NCBI GenBank assembly: GCA_964552105.1
Contig: CAZKGS010000001.1
Location: 1 to 39,908 of the forward strand
Origin: an uncultured Syntrophaceae bacterium
GTDB lineage: Bacteria; Desulfobacterota; Syntrophia; Syntrophales; UBA6807
Direction: 5' to 3'
Length of the DNA stretch: 39,908 bases
Both the position numbers and the translations under genes were made by a program. Positions 28,214-36,402 of the stretch are shown here, one piece after another. Position 1 is the first letter of the stretch; every line of letters starts with the position of its first letter. The notes under the pieces were generated by a model, which saw only the letters and a list, made by a program, of their open reading frames with translations, made no database searches and was not told the DNA's origin.

Positions 28214-29251
28214 CTAAAAATTATGAATGGCCGTTGATTTGAAGGAAAGTAACATTTCGATCCCTTCCTGAATTCCTAATTCAAAAAGTGAACTTTTTGT
28301 AATCAGGGATTTGAAGGTGACATTTTCTACCATAACATCAACTTCATAATAGAGACCTTGATCAAGCACTCCGGTGACTGTTCCTCTGAATGAATTCCTC
28401 ATGCTGGAGGCCAGGCTTTCTTTACTGAGAACTATGTTCTCAGGCCGGATAGCAATGTAGCCATGGCTGTTGGCCGGTTTACGTCCCAGTTCAATTTCTA
28501 TACTGCCTGTCAAGGCTTTTGTGTCTCGAAATTGTGCTGCAAAAAGATTTTTCATTCCCACAAAATCGGCCACAAAGGTCGAATCAGGCCGCTGAAAAAT
28601 ATCTTCCATGCTTCCTGTCTGTTCTATTATCCCATTGTTCATGACGGCTGCCCGATCTGCAAGAGAAAGGGCTTCGGCGAAGTCGTGGGTCACCATCAGG
28701 AATGTAACGTTGGAATTTTTATGAAGCCTTTTCAGGCCGGCCCTTATCTCTTCTCTGAAGTTGGTATCCAGTGCGGAAAGGGGCTCGTCAAGGAGAAGCA
28801 CGCTCGGGTTTACCATCAAGGCCCTTGCCAGTGCGACGCGCTGCAATTCGCCGCCGCTCAAGTTGAGGGGGAAGCGCTTTAAGAGGTGAGAAAGATTCAG
28901 ATCTTCAACGAGGCGATTCAGCCTTTTTTCCGCCTGGGGTTTGTCGATTTTATGAAAGTGAAGGCCGTAATTAATATTCTCCAAAACGGTCAGGTGTGGA
29001 AATAGAGAGTAGTCCTGATAGACGATTCCTACTCCCCGTTTTTCGGGAGGTAATTTCGTTATATTTTTTTTACCTATGATGATGTTACCGCTTTTAGTCT
29101 TTATCAGGCCGGCTAAGGCTTCAAGGAGAACAGTCTTTCCTGCTCCTGTAGGTCCCATTAAGATAAAAAATTCATTTTCCTCAATGTTCAGATTAATATC
29201 ACGAAGATTGAATTCACTGAGATGAATGTTGAGGTTTTCTATTTTGATCAT
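28214..29251 (-). CDS. wtpC: Tungstate/molybdate ABC transporter ATP-binding protein with a C-terminal TOBE domain (WtpC/ModC-like)
   Basis: Walker A GPTGAGKT, LSGGELQRVALARAL signature, Walker B LLLDEP. The C-terminal 70 aa are TOBE-like (FRGTVTGVLDQGLYYEVDV). The ATG at 29251 overlaps the permease stop (ATGA). Confidence 0.8.
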   Translation of the reverse strand: MIKIENLNIHLSEFNLRDINLNIEENEFFILMGPTGAGKTVLLEALAGLIKTKSGNIIIGKKNITKLPPEKRGVGIVYQDYSLFPHLTVLENINYGLHFHKIDKPQAEKRLNRLVEDLNLSHLLKRFPLNLSGGELQRVALARALMVNPSVLLLDEPLSALDTNFREEIRAGLKRLHKNSNVTFLMVTHDFAEALSLADRAAVMNNGIIEQTGSMEDIFQRPDSTFVADFVGMKNLFAAQFRDTKALTGSIEIELGRKPANSHGYIAIRPENIVLSKESLASSMRNSFRGTVTGVLDQGLYYEVDVMVENVTFKSLITKSSLFELGIQEGIEMLLSFKSTAIHNF

Positions 29252-30033
29252 GCTTCTTTCTTGTTTCGTAGTGTAAGAATCCGTAAAATCAGGAACAGGG
29301 CCAGACAAACAGAAACCAGCCAGACTGCAACGGGCTGCGAGTATTTAAGTCCGTATGCCTCGAAGCGTTCGTAGATCATTACCGGTGCGATCATTGGATG
29401 ATAGGCAACGATCACGACCGCACCAAATTCACTGATCGCGCGGGCGCTGCACATTATAATGCCAATTAGCATACTGCGCCAGGCAAGAGGAAACGTAATC
29501 CTGAAAAAGGTGCTGAACATTGAGGCTCCAAGACTCCGTGACACATTCTCAAGTCTCGGGGATATGCTTTCAAATCCGTTCTTGACGGCATTCACATAGA
29601 AAGGCAATCCCACGAAAGTCAGAACCACGACAATGCCTGTTACGCTTCCCATTATTCTTATGCCGAGGTCGCTGAAAAATTGACCTATCCAGTGATTTCT
29701 TCCTGCAACACTGAGGATTGCGATTCCCACAACGGGATGCGGGATTACAATAGGAAGATCGATAATACTTTCAACAAATCGCTTGCCTGTGAAATCGGTT
29801 CGGGCCAGAAGGTAAGCGAGGGGCGTTCCAAAGACAAAGGAGATAATTGCGGCCAACCCGGCTGTGTAAATACTCAGCCAGATCGACCGCACAACATCTT
29901 TGTCCTTAATGGTTTCCTTAAGCATGGCAAAAGAAGGCGCCGTCATCATTTCGACGAGGGGGATAAGGATAAAGGCCATTATTACAATGCCGCATGAAAT
30001 AGTTATCCAGAAAAAAGGTTCTTTTGACCTCAT
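29248..30033 (-). CDS. wtpB: Tungstate/molybdate ABC transporter permease (WtpB/ModB-like)
   Basis: Six TM segments, the IDLPIVIPHPVVG motif and the EAA-loop region SRSLGASMFSTFFRITFPL. Confidence 0.8.
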   Translation of the reverse strand: MRSKEPFFWITISCGIVIMAFILIPLVEMMTAPSFAMLKETIKDKDVVRSIWLSIYTAGLAAIISFVFGTPLAYLLARTDFTGKRFVESIIDLPIVIPHPVVGIAILSVAGRNHWIGQFFSDLGIRIMGSVTGIVVVLTFVGLPFYVNAVKNGFESISPRLENVSRSLGASMFSTFFRITFPLAWRSMLIGIIMCSARAISEFGAVVIVAYHPMIAPVMIYERFEAYGLKYSQPVAVWLVSVCLALFLILRILTLRNKKEA

Positions 30034-30046
30034 TTGTTGTTACCTG

Positions 30047-31060
30047 TTACTCTTTAATTTCCACCAGTCTTTGCAGTCCCGCAGGCAGTATTGCCATCAT
30101 TTCTGCTGTTGAAACCCTGCATGGGATAAAGGGAGGCTGTCCCATTTCTTTGAGAATTTTAAGTCCGCCCTCCGGATTAAGCATATACTGTAAAAAGGCA
30201 ATGGCTGCCTCCCTGTTGGGCGCATCTTTTATCAGAGTAACTCCGTACGTGCAAGATTTTCCATTTTTCTTTATGGTCGTACCCGGTTTTTTGCCCGTGA
30301 GTTCAACCATCGCCTGCTTATAAAAGTTGTCATACTTATAATTTCCCAGGTTTATCTGATCGGGAAGTTCCACGAATTTGAGGCCATGCTGAACAGCTAC
30401 GGATCGGTACTCCCAGGCATAATCCATATTTCCGGTCTGTAGAAGGGCAACCAATTCCACCGATTTGGGTCTGATGTTTTCCTTCGGGCGGTTGTTGATA
30501 AGATTTTGATAAAGCCCTGGTTTTTTATAGTGTTTTTCTGCCAGTTGAAGGACCATGAGAGATCGGTAACCGCAGGGATCAGCGTTCGGATCGGAGTGTC
30601 CCCACACCACGCCCTTCTTTGTCAGAATCTTGTACCAGTTCCCGGCATTAATTTTATTGGCGTATCTGCTTTTGTCCGTGTAGCAGAGGACCAAACGATT
30701 CGTGGCAAAGCGAATATTCCAGTTCGCATATTCCGGGATGAGCATTGTGTTAATGACGGTGAAATCAGCGGATGCCATAATGTCGCAGGGTTTTTTGAGA
30801 TCGGATATCTTTCTCGCGCACCTGCGGCTTCCCGCTGCTTCCCGTACAATATCCACTCCCGGGTGTTTGGCCTCAAACGCCTTTTCCATTTTGGCGAGTG
30901 GAACGGTCAAGCTCCCGGCCTGAAATATAATCACCTTGCCGGTTGGCTGTTTATCCTTTGCCCATCCCGTATGGGGATAGGCTAGTAGACTTGCCATAAA
31001 AAGCGTCAAAACCGGTAGGATTACCAGAAGCCATTTGCATCTATTTTTCTTTTTCATCAT
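30047..31060 (-). CDS. wtpA: WtpA-type tungstate/molybdate periplasmic binding protein
   Basis: Signal peptide, then [54 protein letters not shown] and [20 protein letters not shown]. These closely follow the archaeal/anaerobe WtpA family as I recall it. AAGGAGGAG RBS. Confidence 0.8.
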   Translation of the reverse strand: MMKKKNRCKWLLVILPVLTLFMASLLAYPHTGWAKDKQPTGKVIIFQAGSLTVPLAKMEKAFEAKHPGVDIVREAAGSRRCARKISDLKKPCDIMASADFTVINTMLIPEYANWNIRFATNRLVLCYTDKSRYANKINAGNWYKILTKKGVVWGHSDPNADPCGYRSLMVLQLAEKHYKKPGLYQNLINNRPKENIRPKSVELVALLQTGNMDYAWEYRSVAVQHGLKFVELPDQINLGNYKYDNFYKQAMVELTGKKPGTTIKKNGKSCTYGVTLIKDAPNREAAIAFLQYMLNPEGGLKILKEMGQPPFIPCRVSTAEMMAILPAGLQRLVEIKE

Positions 31061-31126
31061 AACTCCTCCTTAGGCTGAAGAATATAAAAATAATCTTGAT
31101 TTTTGATACCTTAAATCTTTTTAACA

Positions 31127-31621
31127 TCACTCGCTTCTATGCTTACCTGCTTCGCCCTTAAACATGTCCAGATGTGGGTTGCTCACCCATCCGCTTTTTG
31201 CATCCGGTTTGTTGTCAAACAGAGGGACATAGGGTTTAATATCCAGAAGTGGAGTGCCATCCAGAATATCCACATCTCCAATCTCCAACAGGTTGCCCTT
31301 GACATTTTCTAATTTAACAATAGAAAGACCTATGGGATTTGGCCTGTTAAAATGCCTTATTGAGAAGATTCCGTGTTGCTCGTCCTCTAAGAAAGGCATT
31401 GAAATCAAAGAGTAACCGTTGGACAGATGAAAATGGTAGATGAGGATAAGATGGGAGAATTCTTCTATATCCTTGAGCCCGTCTGCGTATTCCTGGAATA
31501 TCTCTACTGTACCCTTCGCATCTTTAGCAAATGTGCCTTGAATAGGGGCATTTGCCTTATCAGTAAATTCTGAATGTATAACCCCAATAGCCTTGTATTT
31601 TATCTCATTTATATTGCTCAA
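31127..31621 (-). CDS. TsaA/TrmO (YaeB, UPF0066) family protein
   Basis: IGVIHSEF, APIQG, FSHLILIYHFH, RPNPIGLSIVKL and DGTPLLDIKPYVP align with TrmO. TTG start with GAGGA 8 nt upstream. Confidence 0.8.
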   Translation of the reverse strand: MSNINEIKYKAIGVIHSEFTDKANAPIQGTFAKDAKGTVEIFQEYADGLKDIEEFSHLILIYHFHLSNGYSLISMPFLEDEQHGIFSIRHFNRPNPIGLSIVKLENVKGNLLEIGDVDILDGTPLLDIKPYVPLFDNKPDAKSGWVSNPHLDMFKGEAGKHRSE

Positions 31622-31690
31622 CTTTTCATCCTCACTTTTTGCATAGATCTAAGTCATGTGGTTCCACAATACATATCCAACAAATGATAT

Positions 31691-31897
31691 TTACTCCCTT
31701 CCTACCATAATTTCCGTAGCTTTGATTAAAGCAACAGCCTTGTCACCAGCTTTTAACCCTAATCCTTCAGCCGATTTTTTTGTAACAATGGCAACTACTT
31801 CATTTTCCCCTATCTTGAGGGTAATCTCTGCCATGACCTGCCCCATGTTTATCTCCTTGACTGTACCAGCCAATTTGTTTCTTGCACTTACTTTCAT
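31691..31897 (-). CDS. mop: Mop/TOBE molybdate- or tungstate-binding protein (molbindin)
   Basis: 68 aa from ATG 31897 (AGGGGG RBS): MKVSARNKLAGTVKEINMGQVMAEITLKIGENEVVAIVTKKSAEGLGLKAGDKAVALIKATEIMVGRE, a typical single Mop domain. Confidence 0.8.
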   Translation of the reverse strand: MKVSARNKLAGTVKEINMGQVMAEITLKIGENEVVAIVTKKSAEGLGLKAGDKAVALIKATEIMVGRE

Positions 31898-32026
31898 CGT
31901 AGATGCCCCCTGTTTTTCATAGCTTGTATCCGGATATGTTGTGAAACCACATTTTTTAAATATAGCTTTTCCTTCGGGAGATGCAACAAAATTCACAAAT
32001 TCTTTTACCAGCTTTGTATTCCCCTC
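31898..32026 (-). pseudogene. Remnant of the C-terminus of a ModA-type periplasmic binding protein, in frame with mop
   Basis: After a TGA at 32027-32029 the minus-strand frame reads EGNTKLVKEFVNFVASPEGKAIFKKCGFTTYPDTSYEKQGAST and runs into the Mop ATG with no stop. KEFVxFxxSPEGxxIFKKxGF is the usual C-terminal helix of ModA-like binding proteins. No N-terminal part of that protein is present upstream. Confidence 0.5.
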
Positions 32027-32253
32027 TCAATTCAACTTTTCTTTGTCAGTTTTTTTGACTGAGTTCGCCAGAAGGATCTCTTGATTAAATATGCGATCTG
32101 GTAGTTTATGTCAATATTAAATATTATTGGTTAGTATAGCATATATTAGGACATTATTCTCCTGTTATATGCTTTATCCGTAACTCCTGCGTCTTTTGTG
32201 CAAGTATTGGTATAGACAGCTAAAGGTTGAAAGGTGAGAGTAAAAAACCAATT

Positions 32254-32410
32254 TTGACGACTTAGTAAAAAGTAGAACCTCCTCTCCCCTGGCAGGAGGG
32301 GGTAAAGGGAAGGGGGCATAATGACATGAAATAATGTTGCATTCACCCTCACCCCAACCCTCTCCCATCTAGGGAGAGGGGGCATTTTTGACTTTTTGTG
32401 AGACTGTCAA
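32254..32410. repeat. Full copy of MITE-like family A (inverted relative to 1101-1247)
   Basis: Ends are TTGACGACTTAGTAAAAAGTA (32254-) and TGACTTTTTGTGAGACTGTCAA (32389-32410). The interior, CCTCTCCCCTGGCAGGAGGGGGTAAAGGGAAGGGGGCAT ... ATTCACCCTCACCCCAACCCTCTCCCATCTAGGGAGAGGG, is collinear with the reverse complement of copy 1. Confidence 0.7.
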
Positions 32411-32535
32411 TTCTGACCTTTAAACCCTTCAGTCCTTTGTCCCTTGCCCCTTACCTTTAGTTTCATAAATCGTTATTATCGGTAATATATTATTATAATC
32501 TGTTTATATGTGTCAGAATATATCACTTTCAGGTC

Positions 32536-32563
32536 TTGACAATACATTATACTATGATATGTT
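32536..32563 (+). promoter_or_regulatory. Possible sigma-70 promoter of the TonB-dependent operon
   Basis: TTGACA (32536-32541), a 16-nt spacer, then TATGTT (32558-32563), about 60 nt upstream of the receptor ATG. The -10 box is weak. Confidence 0.3.
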
Positions 32564-32622
32564 CTCACCGCAGAAAATAAGGTCAGGAAGAATATTCCAA
32601 AGACACAGAAGGAGGCATTTCA

Positions 32623-34701
32623 ATGAATGTAAGGTTTTTGTCAGCACTGTTATTAGTTTTTATCTTATTGTTTTTTTCGAGTCCTGCATGGTCGGCAGGG
32701 GACGCTGATCAGCCGGATTATAAGGTCTACACATTGGGGGAAATCCTTGTAAGTGAAGAGAACCCGGCGGTTAAGGAGATTGCCATAACGAATGAGGTAA
32801 CAGCCGAAGATATCAAGGCTACAAACAGCCGAACAGTTGCTGAGGCCCTGAGCTATGTTCCCGGGATTCAGGTTACCACAGGCCGGAAAGCTGAGCCAAA
32901 TATTTCCATTCATGGATTTGGTCAGGGGCAGACATTGATTCTTGTTGATGGTGTTCCATATTATGAAACGAATTATGGAAAATTGAATCTTGATCAGATT
33001 CCAGCGGATATTATTGCGAAGATTGAAGTCACAAAAGGGGCCCCCTCGGTCCTCTACGGGCCAAATGCTGAAGCAGGAGTTATAAATATTGTTACCAAGA
33101 AGCCTTCTGAAAAACCTTCGGCGTCGGCAAGCTTTGAGGTAGGGGAAAAAAGCTATAACAGGGAATCGGTTTCTCATGGCATGAAGACCGGTATATTTAA
33201 TTACTGGCTCAATTACACGCACAGCGAGACTGATGCCTGGAAAATGGCCAACAGTTTTGATCCGAGATTAGGGACTACTACAAAGAAACCTGGGGGGAAA
33301 TCCCAGGCTATATTGGAAGATGGCAGTTTCCGCGATAATTCTGACTCCGAGAGTAACAGTTTCTGGGCAAAATTGGGCATAGAACCAAATCCGGACTCTG
33401 AATATTATGTGAATTTTCATCTTATAAAGACAGAAAAAGGTATGCCTTCATCAATCTCTGAAAATAGTGTATTTCCGAACAGGCCCGCATTTTCTCAATT
33501 TGGCCGGATAGACAAATATAATGACTGGGGTATCGACTTAAATGGGAGGCAGAAAGTTATTGATCAACTGATCTTGAAGACAAATTTCTTCTATCATAAT
33601 CACGAAGATGATTATGTCTCTTATGATGATCAAACTTACAGTACACCTCTCGGGATCAGCACATACAAAGACTATCTCGCGGGAGGCAATTTGTTGGCTG
33701 ATTACAAGCCTGTGGAGTGGAACGTCTTGAGAGCTGCCGTTCACTTCAAGGTTGATTCTCACAGGGAACGCGATGAAACATATCTGCCATTTGCGGAATC
33801 GTTATCGCATACCGGATCCATTGCCCTCGAGAATGAATTCAATTTAATAGAAAACCTCTCCATAGTAGCCGGGTTGAGTTATGATTCATTTCGAGTTGTG
33901 AAGGCAAAGTATAACGACACCGACGGCAGTGGCAACCTTATCAATCAGAATGATGCGGCTAGCTCTAATACAAAAGATGCTTATAACCCGATGATCGGTG
34001 CGGTTTATACGTTTGCGGATTCTACCAAACTTTTCGGATCTGTAGCCAAAAAGACGCGTTTTCCCACTTTGAGTCAGCTTTACTCGACCAAGTCTGGAAA
34101 TCCTGATCTGGGTGCGGAACAGAGTATTAATTATACGGTTGGTGCTTCCCACACCTTCTTTGATATATGCAGGGCGGAACTATCCTTTTTCCATCACGAT
34201 ATATCTGACTGGATAAGTCGTGACGGACCCGTCTGCTACGGTAATACATATCAAAACTGGGCCGAGATCAAGATGTATGGTTTTGAGTTCAGCTCCGATA
34301 TTTACCCGATGGAAGATCTTATCCTTAAGTTGGGTTATACCTACAACTACGCTCGCGATAAAAGTGACGGCCATGTAACGGATAATGTTACAGACGTTCC
34401 CGAACACAAGATAGATGCCCAAATCCAGTACACCATTCCTTCGCTGAAAACGAAGCTTAATCTTAACGGTATGTATATGGCAAAAACGTACTCGCAATTG
34501 CCAACGCCATCAAAGCCTGCACTTGAAGAACGCGAGGGGGATGACTACTGGCTTTTTGGTGCGAGAATTACACAGCCTGTTATGAAATATCTTGAGGCAT
34601 ATATCGCAGTCAATAACATGTTTGACAATGATTATGAGCCGGATGATGGCTTCCCTGCTCGTGGAAGGGAAATTTTCTGTGGCATTACAGCAAAATACTA
34701 A
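32623..34701 (+). CDS. TonB-dependent outer-membrane receptor (plug plus beta-barrel)
   Basis: Signal peptide ending AWSAGD, TonB-box-like TLGEILVSE, plug motifs (TAEDIKATNSRTVAEALSYVPGIQV, IHGFGQGQTLILVDGVP, IEVTKGAPSVLYGPNAEAGVINIVTKKP) and a long barrel ending ...GREIFCGITAKY. AAGGAGG RBS. Confidence 0.9.
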   Translation: MNVRFLSALLLVFILLFFSSPAWSAGDADQPDYKVYTLGEILVSEENPAVKEIAITNEVTAEDIKATNSRTVAEALSYVPGIQVTTGRKAEPNISIHGFGQGQTLILVDGVPYYETNYGKLNLDQIPADIIAKIEVTKGAPSVLYGPNAEAGVINIVTKKPSEKPSASASFEVGEKSYNRESVSHGMKTGIFNYWLNYTHSETDAWKMANSFDPRLGTTTKKPGGKSQAILEDGSFRDNSDSESNSFWAKLGIEPNPDSEYYVNFHLIKTEKGMPSSISENSVFPNRPAFSQFGRIDKYNDWGIDLNGRQKVIDQLILKTNFFYHNHEDDYVSYDDQTYSTPLGISTYKDYLAGGNLLADYKPVEWNVLRAAVHFKVDSHRERDETYLPFAESLSHTGSIALENEFNLIENLSIVAGLSYDSFRVVKAKYNDTDGSGNLINQNDAASSNTKDAYNPMIGAVYTFADSTKLFGSVAKKTRFPTLSQLYSTKSGNPDLGAEQSINYTVGASHTFFDICRAELSFFHHDISDWISRDGPVCYGNTYQNWAEIKMYGFEFSSDIYPMEDLILKLGYTYNYARDKSDGHVTDNVTDVPEHKIDAQIQYTIPSLKTKLNLNGMYMAKTYSQLPTPSKPALEEREGDDYWLFGARITQPVMKYLEAYIAVNNMFDNDYEPDDGFPARGREIFCGITAKY

Positions 34702-34722
34702 TACGGCAAAGCCACAAGGGCT

Positions 34723-34757
34723 GAGCAATGAGCAATGAGCGATGAGGACTGAAGGCT
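34723..34757 (+). repeat. Heptamer tandem repeat immediately upstream of the tonB start
   Basis: GAGCAAT GAGCAAT GAGCGAT GAGGACT GAAGGCT followed by ATG (34758). The last units double as the RBS. Confidence 0.6.
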
Positions 34758-35456
34758 ATGAAATTCCGGCATTGTGTTTTCATAGCAATCGTTTTCCACC
34801 TTTCTATTATGGTAATTCCGATGGAAGCCACTGTCGGCAGGAAATATGGAAACGTTAAGTTAATTATTGCGGATGGGGAGATTGCCCTGTCTTCGAATCC
34901 TGAACAAAAAAAACGTGTAAAAATTACCCCTCCGGTAATTCGAAAAGATGCGACTCTTCGGAAGAAGAAAAAGACCATCAGAAAAAGCATCAAAAGAAAG
35001 TATGTTGAAAAACGAAAGGCTCCGTCGCTGATAAAACCCCCTTTGGATGTTCAGCCTGATGCAGCAGACACATTATCGATGGATGTTTCTGTTTTAAATC
35101 ATGAGACTGATAATCCTGATGTCCAAGATCCTGCGCATGCACCCTTAGCCGTGACAGGGGGCGAACCTGTAGTGGTGAAGTTTGGTTCAGCGGAAGGGCC
35201 GCATTTCCAGAGACGGGTTTTGCCAAGGTATCCCTTTATGGCAAAGAGATTAAACAAAGAAGGGGAAGTGATCCTGATGCTGACCATAGATGAAGATGGG
35301 AAGCTTACAAATGTAGAAGTAATAAAAAAAGCGGGATTCGGATTCGATGAAGAGGCCCTGAAAGCTGTCTGGAAATCTCTCTTTTCCCCTTCTGTGATAA
35401 ACGGCAGGTCCATGATCTGTAGGGTAATTCTCCCTGTGCGGTTTGAATTGAGGTAA
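34758..35456 (+). CDS. tonB: TonB-family energy transducer
   Basis: N-terminal TM segment with His (VFIAIVFHLSIMVI), a K/R/P-rich linker, and a C-terminal TonB_C domain (PRYPFMAKRLNKEGEVILMLTIDEDGKLTNVEVIKKAGFGFDEEALKAV). Confidence 0.85.
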   Translation: MKFRHCVFIAIVFHLSIMVIPMEATVGRKYGNVKLIIADGEIALSSNPEQKKRVKITPPVIRKDATLRKKKKTIRKSIKRKYVEKRKAPSLIKPPLDVQPDAADTLSMDVSVLNHETDNPDVQDPAHAPLAVTGGEPVVVKFGSAEGPHFQRRVLPRYPFMAKRLNKEGEVILMLTIDEDGKLTNVEVIKKAGFGFDEEALKAVWKSLFSPSVINGRSMICRVILPVRFELR

Positions 35457-35461
35457 TTCAG

Positions 35462-36007
35462 GTGATTAATTTTTTTCTAAAAGGGGGGCTGCTGATGTGG
35501 CCCATACTTTTTTGTTCCATTATGGCCTTGGCCATAACTATTAATAAAACAGTGCAATTCAAGATTCTTCTGAAACAGCTCGCTTGTCCTGCGCCGGATA
35601 TTTTCGACAATAAACCGGATCATATCGCTTCATTGCTGGATGCTCTGGAAAAAAAACTGGACGAAAAAGAGGTCTCATTGATTGGTGCTGGGGCGCTGAA
35701 AGTCCTGGAAAAGGGAGTAGGTTCTTTATCCCTTATTGCCGCTATTACACCGCTGCTGGGTCTTACCGGTACAGTGCTGGGTATGATAGCCAGTTTTCGT
35801 GTCATTGCTGCCCAGGGAAGTGTTTTGAGGGTAGAGATGCTGGCAAATGGGATATGGGAAGCCCTGATTACGACGGCTGCCGGACTTCTCGTGGCCATAC
35901 CGGTTGAAATAGCCTACTACTATCTCGAAGGACGTCTGGACGAGATTGCTATCGGCATGAAGCGCTTGGCGATGCATTTTAACCCGGAGAAGAAAGATGG
36001 AATTTAG
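35462..36007 (+). CDS. exbB: ExbB/TolQ/MotA-family proton channel
   Basis: 181 aa, three TM segments. GGLLMWPILFCSIMALAITINK at the N-terminus and LGLTGTVLGMI...ALITTAAGLLVAIP at the C-terminus. Confidence 0.85.
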   Translation: MINFFLKGGLLMWPILFCSIMALAITINKTVQFKILLKQLACPAPDIFDNKPDHIASLLDALEKKLDEKEVSLIGAGALKVLEKGVGSLSLIAAITPLLGLTGTVLGMIASFRVIAAQGSVLRVEMLANGIWEALITTAAGLLVAIPVEIAYYYLEGRLDEIAIGMKRLAMHFNPEKKDGI

Positions 36008-36392
36008 AAGAAGAAAACGAGTTTTTCTTCGTACAAACATTGCTCCCCTTGTGGATGTCGTTTTTCTCCTTTTGCTTTTTTTCATGCTGACATCACGTAT
36101 AGCGGCGGAACCGGCTATCGAAATCAAACTCCCGGAATCGAAAACCGCCGCTGTGCAGGAAGTGGAGGATATAGTCATTTCAATAACGAAAGAAGAGATG
36201 ATTTATATGGGAGGGGAAAAGATTGCCCTGAATGAAATTTTATCCACAATCAAGAACAGGTTAAGGGGATGTAAGCAGTCAGTAAAGATAAAAGCAGATA
36301 AAAATGTCTCACTCGGTTTTCTGGTGAAAGTAGTGGATGAAGTTAAACTTTCCGGAGCCCCGGCTTTTAATATTGTAACAGAGAGGATGTAA
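35997..36392 (+). CDS. exbD: ExbD/TolR-family protein
   Basis: 131 aa. NIAPLVDVVFLLLLFFM TM segment followed by a periplasmic domain (VKIKADKNVSLGFLVKVVDEVKLSG). Overlaps exbB by 11 nt. Confidence 0.85.
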   Translation: MEFRRRKRVFLRTNIAPLVDVVFLLLLFFMLTSRIAAEPAIEIKLPESKTAAVQEVEDIVISITKEEMIYMGGEKIALNEILSTIKNRLRGCKQSVKIKADKNVSLGFLVKVVDEVKLSGAPAFNIVTERM

Positions 36393-36402
36393 GGAGTCTG
36401 AA

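Noticed and set aside
32146-32385. 79-aa and 64-aa minus-strand ORFs (MPPLPRWERVGVRV..., MGEGWGEGECN...)
   Set aside because: They lie entirely within the family A palindromic repeat. The Pro/Gly/Glu-rich sequences are translations of the GC-rich hairpins, not genes.
32470-32525. AT-rich palindromes (for example TATAT-N8-ATATA at 32505-32522, and ATTAT/ATAAT clusters) resembling Fur or ModE boxes
   Set aside because: They are too short and degenerate in an AT-rich intergenic region, and they match neither consensus convincingly. The local regulator is TunR-like, and I do not know its operator.
32411-32622. Possible cobalamin or Moco riboswitch in the leader of the TonB-dependent receptor
   Set aside because: I could not find a B12 box or the conserved Moco-motif segments by eye, and the leader after the putative promoter is only about 60 nt. 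This cannot be fully excluded without a covariance-model scan (Rfam Cobalamin and MOCO_RNA_motif models).
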